From a virus, in the IMG/VR virus record IMGVR_UViG_3300009008_003296, positions 1-64,000 of that record: a stretch of 64,000 nt of DNA. One strand, written 5' to 3'. Positions 9,930 to 19,377 of this stretch are shown piece by piece (within the stretch, counting starts at the first letter, position 1; every line of letters begins with the position of its first letter). Under the pieces are notes generated by a model. It was not told the origin of the DNA. It did not search any database and saw nothing but the letters and a program-made list of their open reading frames with translations. A program made the position numbers and the translations under genes.

Positions 9930-10648
9930 CATATGTTTTTGATTTAGATAATACACTTTGCGCTACCTCCTCCTCGAAGAAGTACAGCGAGAGCATCCCT
10001 TATTTAAGCGTTATTAATCAAGTTAATAACCTTAAAAAAGAGGGGCACTATATTAAAATCTTTACAGCTAGAGGTTCTGGGTCAGGCATTGATTGGCGTG
10101 ATTTAACAATACAACAACTGTTAGAGTGGGGGGTAGAATATGACGAATTAATCTTAGGCAAACCAAGTTACGACATCTGCATAGACGATAAATCTACCAG
10201 CGCTCATGACTGGAGAATTAAAAATGGCTGCCTAATAACTGGTTTTGTTGCAGGTGCTTTTGATTTACTGCACGCAGGACACTGTCTATTCTTAAAAGAG
10301 GCAAAAAGTGTATGCGATTATTTATTTGCCGCACTACAAACTGACCCTACAATTGATGATCACAAAGACCGCCCTTTACAACAGCCAAAAAATAAACCTA
10401 TTCAATCTATTGAAGAGCGAAAAATTCAACTGGAGGCCACCTCTTACGTCGATAAGATTTTGGTTTATGAAACCGAAAAAGATCTTTTAAATTTAATCAA
10501 AGAGCTTAAGCCAAACATTCGTATTCTCGGCTCCGACTATAGAGACAAAAAAGCCACAGGAGAAGAGTGGTCGGAAGGGGTAATTTACCACCAGCGTGCT
10601 CAGCAATGGTCGTCTTCAGAGCTTAGGGGGCGCGTAAATGGTAACTAG
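9926..10648 (+). CDS. HAD phosphatase + HxGH (TagD/HldC-like) nucleotidyltransferase fusion
   Basis: FDLDNTL/FTARG/GKP..DD followed by GAFDLLHAGH...GSDY...SSSELR. Confidence 0.8.
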   Translation: MTYVFDLDNTLCATSSSKKYSESIPYLSVINQVNNLKKEGHYIKIFTARGSGSGIDWRDLTIQQLLEWGVEYDELILGKPSYDICIDDKSTSAHDWRIKNGCLITGFVAGAFDLLHAGHCLFLKEAKSVCDYLFAALQTDPTIDDHKDRPLQQPKNKPIQSIEERKIQLEATSYVDKILVYETEKDLLNLIKELKPNIRILGSDYRDKKATGEEWSEGVIYHQRAQQWSSSELRGRVNGN

Positions 10649-11588
10649 CAAGTGCCCCTTAAGGGTTTCCTTGTGTGGAGGATCTACTGATTCTCCTCTT
10701 TTTATTAAAAAATATAGGACAGGAAAGGTTATTAGTTTTACTCCCAACCTTTATACCTATTCTACTTTCCACCAAGACGTAAACGGTTTTAATAATTATG
10801 ATAAAAAATATGTTGTTTCTTATTCTAAATTTGAGAGATGCTCAAAAATTCAACAAATACGTAATGACGTCGTACGCGTTGTCTTAGATTTTTTTAATAT
10901 ACCTCCCATAAAAGTTTCACTAGATTCGGATGTTTTTTCTTTTGGCTCTGGATTGGCATCTTCATCCTCTTATATCTTAAACTTAATACAAGGAATTAAT
11001 CTTCTCTACCGCTTTAATATGAGCACAGAGGAAATATGCCGCGTTGCTTTTACGCTTGAGTCAAAAGTTAATCCTTTAACTGGATATCAAGACCCTTTTG
11101 GTTGCGGCATTGGGGGTTTTAAGTTTATGGAATTTGATGCTCAAAACAATTTTCAAGTTACCTTTCTTCCTACTGATATTTTTGACAGGTTTGATTTTTA
11201 TTTAGTTTATACTAACCTTAAAAGGGAGTCAACCAACATATTAAAGTCATTAAATCTAGACGCAGCACAACCTCTTTTAGATCAAGTGGATGACATGAAG
11301 AGCGCGCTGATTAACAAAGATTACAAAAGGGTATTCTACACCTTAAATAAAAGTTGGGAGATTAAAAAAAACACAAGCAGTCAAATTTTAAAGTCTGCCG
11401 CTTTGTTGGAAATGGATGATCTTTTAGCAAAGAGCATTAATATTAGAGCTCATAAGCTTTGTGGAGCCGGAGGGGGCGGTTACTTTTTAGTTATTTCTGA
11501 CAAAAATACACAAATTAAACTTGACAAGATTTATCCTTATATTAGAATCAAGATAGACAACAAAGGATTAAGTAGTATTTCTTTTTAA
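10638..11588 (+). CDS. hddA: GHMP kinase, D-glycero-alpha-D-manno-heptose-7-phosphate kinase-like
   Basis: PLRVSLCGGSTD, GSGLASSS, GYQD and KLCGAGGGGY. Confidence 0.8.
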   Translation: MVTSKCPLRVSLCGGSTDSPLFIKKYRTGKVISFTPNLYTYSTFHQDVNGFNNYDKKYVVSYSKFERCSKIQQIRNDVVRVVLDFFNIPPIKVSLDSDVFSFGSGLASSSSYILNLIQGINLLYRFNMSTEEICRVAFTLESKVNPLTGYQDPFGCGIGGFKFMEFDAQNNFQVTFLPTDIFDRFDFYLVYTNLKRESTNILKSLNLDAAQPLLDQVDDMKSALINKDYKRVFYTLNKSWEIKKNTSSQILKSAALLEMDDLLAKSINIRAHKLCGAGGGGYFLVISDKNTQIKLDKIYPYIRIKIDNKGLSSISF

Positions 11589-11590
11589 TT

Positions 11591-12547
11591 ATGAATATTT
11601 TATTAACAGGAGCAAGTGGATTTTTAGGCCAACATTTGGTTGATAAAATTGCTAACGAAATAGACAAGATCAACGAAGTTAATAACTACGAGGGAACCAA
11701 GCTTTATCAGCTTTTCGCTCCTCGTAGCTACGAATTAGACTGCCTTAAATATACAGAGCTTTATCACTATTGCCACTACAAGAACATAGATGCCATCATT
11801 CACTTGGCAGCAGAATGTGGAGGTATCGGTATTAATCAACGCAAGCCTGCAGATTTCTTTTTAAATAATGCCCAAATGAGCTTGAACGTTTTAAAGGTTT
11901 CACATGAATTAAAGCTTGAGAAGCTTGTCACCATTGGCACTGTCTGTTCTTATCCTAAACACACCCCCGTCCCTTTCAAGGAAGAGGATTTATGGAACGG
12001 TTACCCAGAAGAGACTAATGCTCCTTATGGGTTAGCTAAGAAAAACCTTTTGGTGGGGGCACAGGCTTTTTCCCAGCAATATAGTTCTAATTTTATTCAT
12101 TTGATTCCTGTTAATATGTATGGTGAACATGATCATTTTAGCTTAGAAGATTCCCATGTTATACCTGCGATGCTTCGAAAATTTCATGAGGCCAAAGAGG
12201 CTCAAGTACCCTCCGTCACCCTATGGGGAGATGGCTCAGCTTCTAGAGAGTTTTTATATGCTGGCGATTGCGCAGATGCAATTTGGAAGGCCTTCCTGCA
12301 TTACGACAGATCAGACCCTGTTAACATTGGAGCGGCTAAAGAAACTACGATAAAAGAGCTCGCAGAAACAATACAAAAGCTTGTAGGCTTTGAAGGTGAA
12401 ATAATATGGGATACAACCAAACCTAATGGTCAGCCAAGACGTTGTCTTGATACCTCCAAAGCTAAAGCTGAATTTAATTTTGAAGCGCAAACCACACTAG
12501 AAGAAGGCCTAAAAAGAACTTACAATTGGTACATAAATGAGCAATAA
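11591..12547 (+). CDS. fcl: GDP-L-fucose synthase (or ColC-like) epimerase-reductase
   Basis: TGASGFLG, HLAA.CGGIG, CSYPK, YGLAKK, SHVIPA and GQPRR. Confidence 0.9.
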   Translation: MNILLTGASGFLGQHLVDKIANEIDKINEVNNYEGTKLYQLFAPRSYELDCLKYTELYHYCHYKNIDAIIHLAAECGGIGINQRKPADFFLNNAQMSLNVLKVSHELKLEKLVTIGTVCSYPKHTPVPFKEEDLWNGYPEETNAPYGLAKKNLLVGAQAFSQQYSSNFIHLIPVNMYGEHDHFSLEDSHVIPAMLRKFHEAKEAQVPSVTLWGDGSASREFLYAGDCADAIWKAFLHYDRSDPVNIGAAKETTIKELAETIQKLVGFEGEIIWDTTKPNGQPRRCLDTSKAKAEFNFEAQTTLEEGLKRTYNWYINEQ

Positions 12548-13601
12548 TATTATAGTAGTAACTGGGGTTACCGGGCAAGACGGTAGCAATATGGTTGATT
12601 TTCTTTTAAAAGAAACAGGTTGCCATATCGTAGGGTGCTTTAGGCGATCGTCTGTCCCTAATGATGAAAACGTCATTCAACATGCCGATAATCCGCGTTT
12701 TGAAAAAGTATATTTTGATTTAACTGACCCTACTTCAGTTAATCACGTAGTTAAAAAATATCAACCTGCATATTTTATCAATTTTGCAGCCCAAAGCTTT
12801 GTGGGGGCTAGCTGGGATATTCCTGTGGCCACATGGAACTGCACAGCTACTGGAGTTCTTCATGTTTTAGAGGCTATTCGAACAGAGTCTCCTCATACTA
12901 AATTTTATAACGCTGGAAGTTCAGAGGAGTTTGGGGATGTGGAGTATAGCCCGCAAGACGAAAAACACCCCTTGCGTCCTCGCTCCCCGTATGGGGCTGC
13001 CAAAGCGGCAGCTCGTCATATTGTAAAAGTATACCGAGAAAGCTATAATCTTTTTGCGGTTCAAGGTTGGCTGTTTAACCATGAAGGCACGCGCCGAGGA
13101 GAAGAATTTGTTACTCGCAAGATTACCAAGTCTGTAGCATTAATCAATAAAGCCCTTCGTGAAAAACGTACCCCTCCCGCTATACACTTAGGGAACCTTG
13201 AGTCTAAAAGAGACTGGGGTGATTCAGAAGATTTTATAAGAGCTGTCTGGCTTATGATGCAGCAAGATAATCCATGTGATTATGTAGTAGCGTCAGGAGA
13301 AACCCACTCTATCCGAGAGTTTGTTGAGGCTTCTTTTAAGTCAGCTGGTATTCCTTTTGAGGCTACAAATAATGATTTAACTACAGACGAATTAAGCGTA
13401 GCTTATACGCTTAAAGACGCCCCCGATGTTCCTTTGGTGTATGTAAATCCTAAATATTTTAGGCCTGCAGAGGTTAAATTATTGCTAGGGGACCCAAGTC
13501 GCATTGAAAAAGAATTAGGGTGGAAGCGCAATGTTTCTTTTGAAAAACTAGTTGACAAGATGACAGAACATGATATACTTACTCTTAGCAATACTCTTTG
13601 A
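12537..13601 (+). CDS. gmd: GDP-mannose 4,6-dehydratase
   Basis: TGVTGQDG, AAQSFV, PRSPYGAAK, FNHE..RRGEEFVTRKI and RPAEV. Confidence 0.95.
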   Translation: MSNNIIVVTGVTGQDGSNMVDFLLKETGCHIVGCFRRSSVPNDENVIQHADNPRFEKVYFDLTDPTSVNHVVKKYQPAYFINFAAQSFVGASWDIPVATWNCTATGVLHVLEAIRTESPHTKFYNAGSSEEFGDVEYSPQDEKHPLRPRSPYGAAKAAARHIVKVYRESYNLFAVQGWLFNHEGTRRGEEFVTRKITKSVALINKALREKRTPPAIHLGNLESKRDWGDSEDFIRAVWLMMQQDNPCDYVVASGETHSIREFVEASFKSAGIPFEATNNDLTTDELSVAYTLKDAPDVPLVYVNPKYFRPAEVKLLLGDPSRIEKELGWKRNVSFEKLVDKMTEHDILTLSNTL

Positions 13602-13625
13602 GTGTAAACTATTGATTAACCTCTA

Positions 13626-15563
13626 ATGACGACTAAAAAAGACGCCACACCTATCATCTCGGACGATTTCGTAGCAAAATATAAAAACAAACAACCTAAA
13701 TGGGGCTTTAATGGTCTTGGATATATCGTTTACAAGCGCACCTACTCCAGACTAAAAGACGACGGTTTACTGGAAGAGTGGCCTGAAACCATTGCACGGT
13801 GCATTAATGGTGCCCAAAAAATTGGAGCAAAATATACAAAAAAAGAAGCTGAAAGACTGTTTGATTTAGTTTTTAACCTAAAGTGCAACTTCGCCGGTCG
13901 CGGCCTCTGGCAACTAGGAACCTCAACCGTGGACCGCTTTGGCGGCAATAGCTTGCTAAATTGTTGGTTTACCGCTATCAAAAAACCTGAGGATTTTTGT
14001 TTTATTTTTGAAAATTTAATGTTAGGGGGAGGCGTAGGCTATTCTATTCGTCGAGAAGATATCCATGAACTACCTCGCGTTAAGCGTGGCGTTAATATTG
14101 AGGTTAAAAACACAAGCGATGCTGATTTTATTGTGCCCGACAGTCGCGAAGGGTGGGTACGTTTGTTACAAAAAGTTTTAGACGCTTTTTTTACTACAGG
14201 ACAGTCTTTCAATTATTCTACTGTTCTTGTCCGCGGCGCCGGAACACCTATCCATGGTTTTGGGGGGACCGCCAGCGGGCCTGAGATTCTTATTGATGGA
14301 ACTGCAAAAATTTGCGAAGTGATTAAGGCTCGTGAAGGTAAAAAGCTCCGCAGCTTAGATGTTTTAGATATAGCTAACATTATTGGCTCTGTTGTCGTAG
14401 CAGGAAACGTTCGTCGATCTGCTGAAATAGCATTAGGAGATCCTGATGACTTCCTATACCTTAAAGCTAAAAGATGGGACCTCGGAAACATTCCTAACTG
14501 GAGAGCTATGAGCAACAATACTATTTATTGTGATAGTTATGATCATATTATGGAAGGAGTGTGGGACGGTTACGCTGGAAACGGTGAGCCCTATGGATTT
14601 TTTAATCTTGCTTTGAGCTCTAAGTATGGTCGAACAGGAGAAAAAAGCAGAGAGAATTGCGAAGGCACCAACCCTTGCGGGGAAATTTCTTTAGCCAATA
14701 AGGAGTGTTGCAATCTTGCGGAGCTCTATTTAAATAATATAGAATCCAAAGAAGAATTAGCAGAATGCTCCACATTATTATACAAAACACAAAAAGCTAT
14801 CTGCGCTCTTCCTTTTATTCACGAAGATACAAATAAAATAGTCCACAAAAACTTTCGCATTGGGCAAGGAGTCACGGGCCTATGCCAATCTTTTGAAAAG
14901 ATTCCATGGCTAGACTACTGTTATAAAGAATTGCGCCAATTTGACAAAGAGTGGAGCGCCAAAAATAATTGGCCCGAGAGCATTAAACTCACTACGGTTA
15001 AGCCTAGTGGCACTTTAAGCCTACTAGCTGGCGCTACTCCCGGTGTACACCCTGCCTATTCTCAATATTACATTCGACGCGTGCGTATGTCTAGCGATGA
15101 CCAGCTTGTGGAAACCTGTAAAGGGCTTGGATACCATGTGGAATACGTTAAGAATTTTGACGGCTCACTTAATAGAGATACGGTGATTGTGGAGTTTCCT
15201 TGTGAATCTGGCAAAAACGCTACATTAGCCAAAAACATGAAAGCTGTCGACCAATTAGAGCTAGTCAAAACAATTCAGAAAGAATGGTCTGATAATGCAG
15301 TTTCCTGTACGGTTTATTATCGCAAGGAAGAGCTCGACGATATCAAAGAATGGCTTAGTAAGAACTATAAAAATAATATCAAAAGCGTATCTTTTTTATT
15401 ACACCAAGACCACGGGTTTGACCAAGCCCCGTACGAGGAAATAAACAAGGAAGAATATAACAAAATTAAGAAAAATATTAAAAAAATTAAACCCCAAGCA
15501 ATCTCTAATGGCAAACAAATAGAGGGGTTGGAATGCGCCGGAGGAGCATGCCCCATTAAATAA
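13626..15563 (+). CDS. nrdJ: Class II (adenosylcobalamin) monomeric ribonucleotide reductase
   Basis: GNVRRSAEI, TNPCGEI, CCNLAE, TVKPSGT and C-terminal CAGGACPIK. Confidence 0.92.
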   Translation: MTTKKDATPIISDDFVAKYKNKQPKWGFNGLGYIVYKRTYSRLKDDGLLEEWPETIARCINGAQKIGAKYTKKEAERLFDLVFNLKCNFAGRGLWQLGTSTVDRFGGNSLLNCWFTAIKKPEDFCFIFENLMLGGGVGYSIRREDIHELPRVKRGVNIEVKNTSDADFIVPDSREGWVRLLQKVLDAFFTTGQSFNYSTVLVRGAGTPIHGFGGTASGPEILIDGTAKICEVIKAREGKKLRSLDVLDIANIIGSVVVAGNVRRSAEIALGDPDDFLYLKAKRWDLGNIPNWRAMSNNTIYCDSYDHIMEGVWDGYAGNGEPYGFFNLALSSKYGRTGEKSRENCEGTNPCGEISLANKECCNLAELYLNNIESKEELAECSTLLYKTQKAICALPFIHEDTNKIVHKNFRIGQGVTGLCQSFEKIPWLDYCYKELRQFDKEWSAKNNWPESIKLTTVKPSGTLSLLAGATPGVHPAYSQYYIRRVRMSSDDQLVETCKGLGYHVEYVKNFDGSLNRDTVIVEFPCESGKNATLAKNMKAVDQLELVKTIQKEWSDNAVSCTVYYRKEELDDIKEWLSKNYKNNIKSVSFLLHQDHGFDQAPYEEINKEEYNKIKKNIKKIKPQAISNGKQIEGLECAGGACPIK

Positions 15564-15608
15564 GGAAAAATTTCCAAAACGCCTAAAAAAGGTGTAAAAT
15601 ATTATTGC

Positions 15609-16418
15609 ATGAAATATCCAGACTCTTATCTACCAGCCGGAAACGAGCTAGAGGTCGACTTTAGCCCTTCTATCCGCAAACAAGCGGATGCTAAAAAATT
15701 TACCAGCAAAGAGGTTAACAACCTCCCTGATTCTGACTTTGCTTATATTTCACCGGGAGGCAAGAAGGATTCCGAAGGTAAAACAACCCCTCGTTCTTTG
15801 AGGCACCTGCCTATTCCCGATGCCGCACATGTGCGTAACGCTTTGGCGCGCCTCAATCAAACAGATATTCCGCCTGCAGCCAAGAAGGAAGCTTTGGCTA
15901 AAATTAAACGTAAAGCGAAAGAACTTGGAGTAGAGGTATCGAAATCTGACGCCGGGATTAAAGACGGCAACGCAGATTATCCAACTTCCGAGGATCGCAC
16001 TTCGGCCAAAACAAAAAAAGAGTGGGATAAAGTAGACAAGAAAGAACTCAAAAAGGATACTAAAAAAGAAAAAAAGGAGCACGAAGAGGATGCTATAAAA
16101 GACGATGAGTCAAAAATTAAAAAGCTTAAAAAAGGAACCCCTTCGGAAAAGAAAAGCGTAGAGATCCATGATATTAAAAAAGATGAAAAGTTTGATAAGA
16201 AAAATAAGAAAGCCGACGCTGCAGAGTTCCCAGAGGTAGCTTTTAAACCAGCTCCTTTTGATGGAGTTTTAGAGAGCGCTCCCTATTCTAAACTTTTAGA
16301 GCCTGTTGATTGGGATAAGCTTAAAAAAGAACTTAATTTTAATAACCTATGGTTCAAAAAACCCAAGGCCCCCAAAGCGGATTACCGTAAATTTTTAGAC
16401 CCTAACTACACTCCTTAA
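15609..16418 (+). CDS. Lys/Glu-rich hypothetical protein with LPDSDFAY...DAAHVRNALAR domain (possibly head-associated)
   Basis: Intact ORF. The small helical domain resembles one I recall from phage head/scaffold-region proteins; the rest is highly charged. Confidence 0.45.
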   Translation: MKYPDSYLPAGNELEVDFSPSIRKQADAKKFTSKEVNNLPDSDFAYISPGGKKDSEGKTTPRSLRHLPIPDAAHVRNALARLNQTDIPPAAKKEALAKIKRKAKELGVEVSKSDAGIKDGNADYPTSEDRTSAKTKKEWDKVDKKELKKDTKKEKKEHEEDAIKDDESKIKKLKKGTPSEKKSVEIHDIKKDEKFDKKNKKADAAEFPEVAFKPAPFDGVLESAPYSKLLEPVDWDKLKKELNFNNLWFKKPKAPKADYRKFLDPNYTP

Positions 16419-16618
16419 TGCAACGCAATTATAGCTTTAGTCGCAATGACGAGATTGAGCCTACAGGGGGGCAAATACAGACTGATGTAAACACTTCTAT
16501 TCGCGGCACAGACCCCCCTCTTGATGCCGTTTTAAGTGGGGTTCAAAGCTTCGTTATTGCTTGTGGGTTTGACATTGGGAATAGCGGCATAGCTGCTGTG
16601 CCCCCTCCTTCAGAATAA
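16418..16618 (+). CDS. Hypothetical protein
   Basis: TAATG coupling to the upstream gene. Confidence 0.6.
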   Translation: MQRNYSFSRNDEIEPTGGQIQTDVNTSIRGTDPPLDAVLSGVQSFVIACGFDIGNSGIAAVPPPSE

Positions 16619-16633
16619 AGTTTTTATTTTTTC

Positions 16634-16662
16634 TTGACTCCCAAAGCACCTTCGGTTATGCT
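16634..16662 (+). promoter_or_regulatory. Sigma70-like promoter TTGACT-N17-TATGCT
   Basis: Read directly; intergenic. Confidence 0.6.
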
Positions 16663-16744
16663 TGTCCCGCTAAGAGACGCACATGAGCCTACACCATTCT
16701 TTTTCTGGCTACTTTGAAGGAACCAAAGTGGTTCAAAAAAATGG

Positions 16745-16774
16745 TTGACAAAGCGCCCAGATGTAGGTTATACT
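16745..16774 (+). promoter_or_regulatory. Sigma70-like promoter TTGACA-N18-TATACT
   Basis: Read directly; upstream of the recA operon. Confidence 0.55.
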
Positions 16775-16823
16775 AAATTCTTCGAATCAGAGCTTTTACG
16801 CTCCCATGTTATTTTTAAAGTTT

Positions 16824-17171
16824 ATGGCCCAAAAGAAAAAAAACAAAAGAAGAATTCAAGATGTAGTTAGAAAGCATCTGATTGCCCCTAAATATGAAAA
16901 GAAAAAATTCTGGGCAAAAGAGATGATGATCTTGAAAAGATTGATGCAGAAATATAATAATGAAGACTTTTGGCACAAGGCAGACTTTGGCAAGCAATTG
17001 AATAGTTTTGCTCAATTTTACGCTCTACCTTACAATAAGATGCTTGAAACTAAATACCAAGAATTTCACTTAAAAATTGAAACCCCTGCTCCTCTTACGC
17101 TAGGCGACAAGTCCGGAACAGATCGAGTTTTCTCTCCTACCAAAACATTAAAAAACTTTCTAAATGGCTAG
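16824..17171 (+). CDS. Hypothetical basic protein
   Basis: ORF overlapping the recA start. The start could also be 16806. Confidence 0.6.
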   Translation: MAQKKKNKRRIQDVVRKHLIAPKYEKKKFWAKEMMILKRLMQKYNNEDFWHKADFGKQLNSFAQFYALPYNKMLETKYQEFHLKIETPAPLTLGDKSGTDRVFSPTKTLKNFLNG

Positions 17172-18300
17172 AACAAAAAAAGAAGTACCCAAGGGGCTGT
17201 CCCCCAATGATTTAATCAAGTCTTTTTTAAAATCTACTGAAAAAGACCACTATAACTACGAAGAAAGCTACGATTACCAAGTGTCTAGCGGAAGCCTAAT
17301 CTTAGATTTTGAGCTAGGAGGAGGGTTGGGCCCGGGGTTGCATCGCTTTACAGGGGTCAATGAAGGAGGCAAGACATCCGAGGCGCTAGAAGTAATGAAA
17401 AATTTTCTTGCGACTGTCCCTAATTCTCGTGGGTTTTATATTAAAGCGGAGGGGCGCCTTACTAAACAGATGAGAGAGCGCTCAGGAGTGGATTTTGTCT
17501 TTAAAGAAGATGAGTGGGACAAGGGAAATTGTTTTGTTTTTGAGTGCAACATTTACGAGACTGTTGTGGAGGCCTTAAGGCTTCTTGTAGGCAAGAATGC
17601 AGACGACACTCGGTATTGTTTTATTCTAGATTCGGTTGATGGGTTAATTTCCAAAGCAGATACCCTTAAAACCTTTGAGGAGTCACGTAAAGTTGCAGGG
17701 GGCGCAGTGATAGCGGCTGACTTTATGAAGCGCGTTAGTATCGGTCTGGCTAAGCGAGGTCATATGGCCTTGTTTATTTCTCAAGTTAGAGCTGATATAC
17801 AACTGGACCCCTACTCTAAAGCCCCAATTCGCCAAACTACGGCGACAGGAGGCAACGCTTTATTGCATTTTGCTAATTTTATTCTTGAGTTCGAGCCGCG
17901 ATTTAAAAAAGACTGGATATTAGAGAAGCCTAACGATAAGCACGACCCCGAAAAAAATAAAATTGTTGGGCACTATGCCAAAATAACAGTTAAGAAAAGC
18001 CCCAACGAAAAAACCAACGCGGTCATAAAATACCCAATTCTTTATGGGCGCAAAGGCGGAAAAAGTATTTGGGTAGAAAAAGAAATCTTAGACATGTTAT
18101 TTTTATGGGAGTTTGCCCACAGAAAAGGGGCAGGATGGATAGAATTTGACCCAGAGCTTCTTAATATAATGTCAGAAGCGAAAATCGATTTTCCCCAAAA
18201 AATACAAGGCGAAAACCAGTTCGATAATTTTTTAGAAGAAAACCCAGATGCCAAAGAGCACCTAATGGATTACTTTAAAAAAATGGTGCTCTCCATTTAA
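17164..18300 (+). CDS. recA: RecA/UvsX-like recombinase
   Basis: VSSGSLILD..LGGG, GVNEGGKT, ILDSV, FISQVR and GGNALLHFA. Confidence 0.85.
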   Translation: MARTKKEVPKGLSPNDLIKSFLKSTEKDHYNYEESYDYQVSSGSLILDFELGGGLGPGLHRFTGVNEGGKTSEALEVMKNFLATVPNSRGFYIKAEGRLTKQMRERSGVDFVFKEDEWDKGNCFVFECNIYETVVEALRLLVGKNADDTRYCFILDSVDGLISKADTLKTFEESRKVAGGAVIAADFMKRVSIGLAKRGHMALFISQVRADIQLDPYSKAPIRQTTATGGNALLHFANFILEFEPRFKKDWILEKPNDKHDPEKNKIVGHYAKITVKKSPNEKTNAVIKYPILYGRKGGKSIWVEKEILDMLFLWEFAHRKGAGWIEFDPELLNIMSEAKIDFPQKIQGENQFDNFLEENPDAKEHLMDYFKKMVLSI

Positions 18301-18301
18301 A

Positions 18302-18703
18302 ATGACTTTTCAAACGCTTCTAGGAAAAAGGCGCAGAATTAAGCGTCCTGTAATTTACTTAATCAATTGGGAAAAAAACAGTCGTAGCAAATTACAAAGC
18401 AAGGTTAAAAATTTTTTAAAAGTTTTTTGGGACGGAGATGTAGTTTTTGAAGAGTTTCCAGTAGTTGGAACACGCCTAACATTGGATTTTTATAATGCGA
18501 CGAAAGATATAGCTATAGAAGTACAAGGAAGCCAGCACACAAAATACAATAAATTCTTTCATAAAGGAAATAAAATAAATTATTTAAATCAATTAAAAAG
18601 AGACGACGACAAACTATCCTTTTGTGACCTGAATGGTATTAGATTACTTGAGGTTCACGAAGGCAATCTTGATTTTGCCTCTCTGTATAAAGAAATAGTG
18701 TAA
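18302..18703 (+). CDS. Vsr/DUF559-like PD-(D/E)xK endonuclease
   Basis: LDFY......IEVQG.QH...RDDDK motif. Confidence 0.7.
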   Translation: MTFQTLLGKRRRIKRPVIYLINWEKNSRSKLQSKVKNFLKVFWDGDVVFEEFPVVGTRLTLDFYNATKDIAIEVQGSQHTKYNKFFHKGNKINYLNQLKRDDDKLSFCDLNGIRLLEVHEGNLDFASLYKEIV

Positions 18704-18709
18704 ACATAT

Positions 18710-18976
18710 ATGGATATGTACGAAGACTTACCTGACCGCCCCCTAGAGGAGTTTACTATTCCTAATAGCTTTTTAGACAAACTATTTGAGTTTACGGGGG
18801 ACGGCGATGACGGGGGTTTTATTTTAGCCTATGTCACACAAGATGGACGCCCCCTTATTCAGTGTAAAATTGGCTCCCAGATTGTGGAAATGGGGCTACG
18901 AAAAGCATTGGAAAAATTCCTTGACGACATGGAACTGGGCGAAAAAGCGCTCTCCGAAGACCAACCTCCTTCATAA
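18710..18976 (+). CDS. Hypothetical acidic protein
   Basis: ORF preceded by a GTGTA motif. Confidence 0.65.
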   Translation: MDMYEDLPDRPLEEFTIPNSFLDKLFEFTGDGDDGGFILAYVTQDGRPLIQCKIGSQIVEMGLRKALEKFLDDMELGEKALSEDQPPS

Positions 18977-18979
18977 AAC

Positions 18980-19336
18980 ATGAGTTCGACATCTGTGCCA
19001 ATTATAGACAAAGAGTGGGGACACGAAAAGTGGCTTGTTAACAATAAAAAAGAAAATTATTGTGGCAAAATTCTTCATATTAACGAAGGGCATCGTTCAT
19101 CAATGCACTACCATGTAAAAAAGCACGAAACTTTTTATATTCTTTCTGGTACACTGCAAGTTGACATGATTAATACTGTCACAGGTGAAGTTATTACTTA
19201 TATCGTACAAAAAGGGGAAACTTTTGAGGTAGAGCGCAACGACCCCCATCAACTAATTGCTGTGGATGGTCCCGTTGAGTTTATTGAAATTAGCACCTTT
19301 CACGAAGATAGTGACAGCCTAAGAGTCTGGAAATAG
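18980..19336 (+). CDS. Cupin (sugar isomerase-like)
   Basis: KEWG.E, SMHYH..KHETF and PHQL...EIST. Confidence 0.8.
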   Translation: MSSTSVPIIDKEWGHEKWLVNNKKENYCGKILHINEGHRSSMHYHVKKHETFYILSGTLQVDMINTVTGEVITYIVQKGETFEVERNDPHQLIAVDGPVEFIEISTFHEDSDSLRVWK

Positions 19337-19339
19337 TTC

Positions 19340-19368
19340 TTGACTTTGTTTGGTTGTAACGCTACAGT
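19340..19368 (+). promoter_or_regulatory. Sigma70-like promoter TTGACT-N17-TACAGT, near-leaderless
   Basis: 9 nt separate the -10 box from the dnaB ATG. Confidence 0.55.
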
Positions 19369-19377
19369 AGTATTGGT

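Noticed and set aside
1-13601. Bacterial O-antigen/capsule locus on a cellular chromosome
   Set aside because: There are no wzx/wzy/ABC export genes, and it is contiguous with phage-type replication genes, rIIA/rIIB and single-strand dense gene packing.
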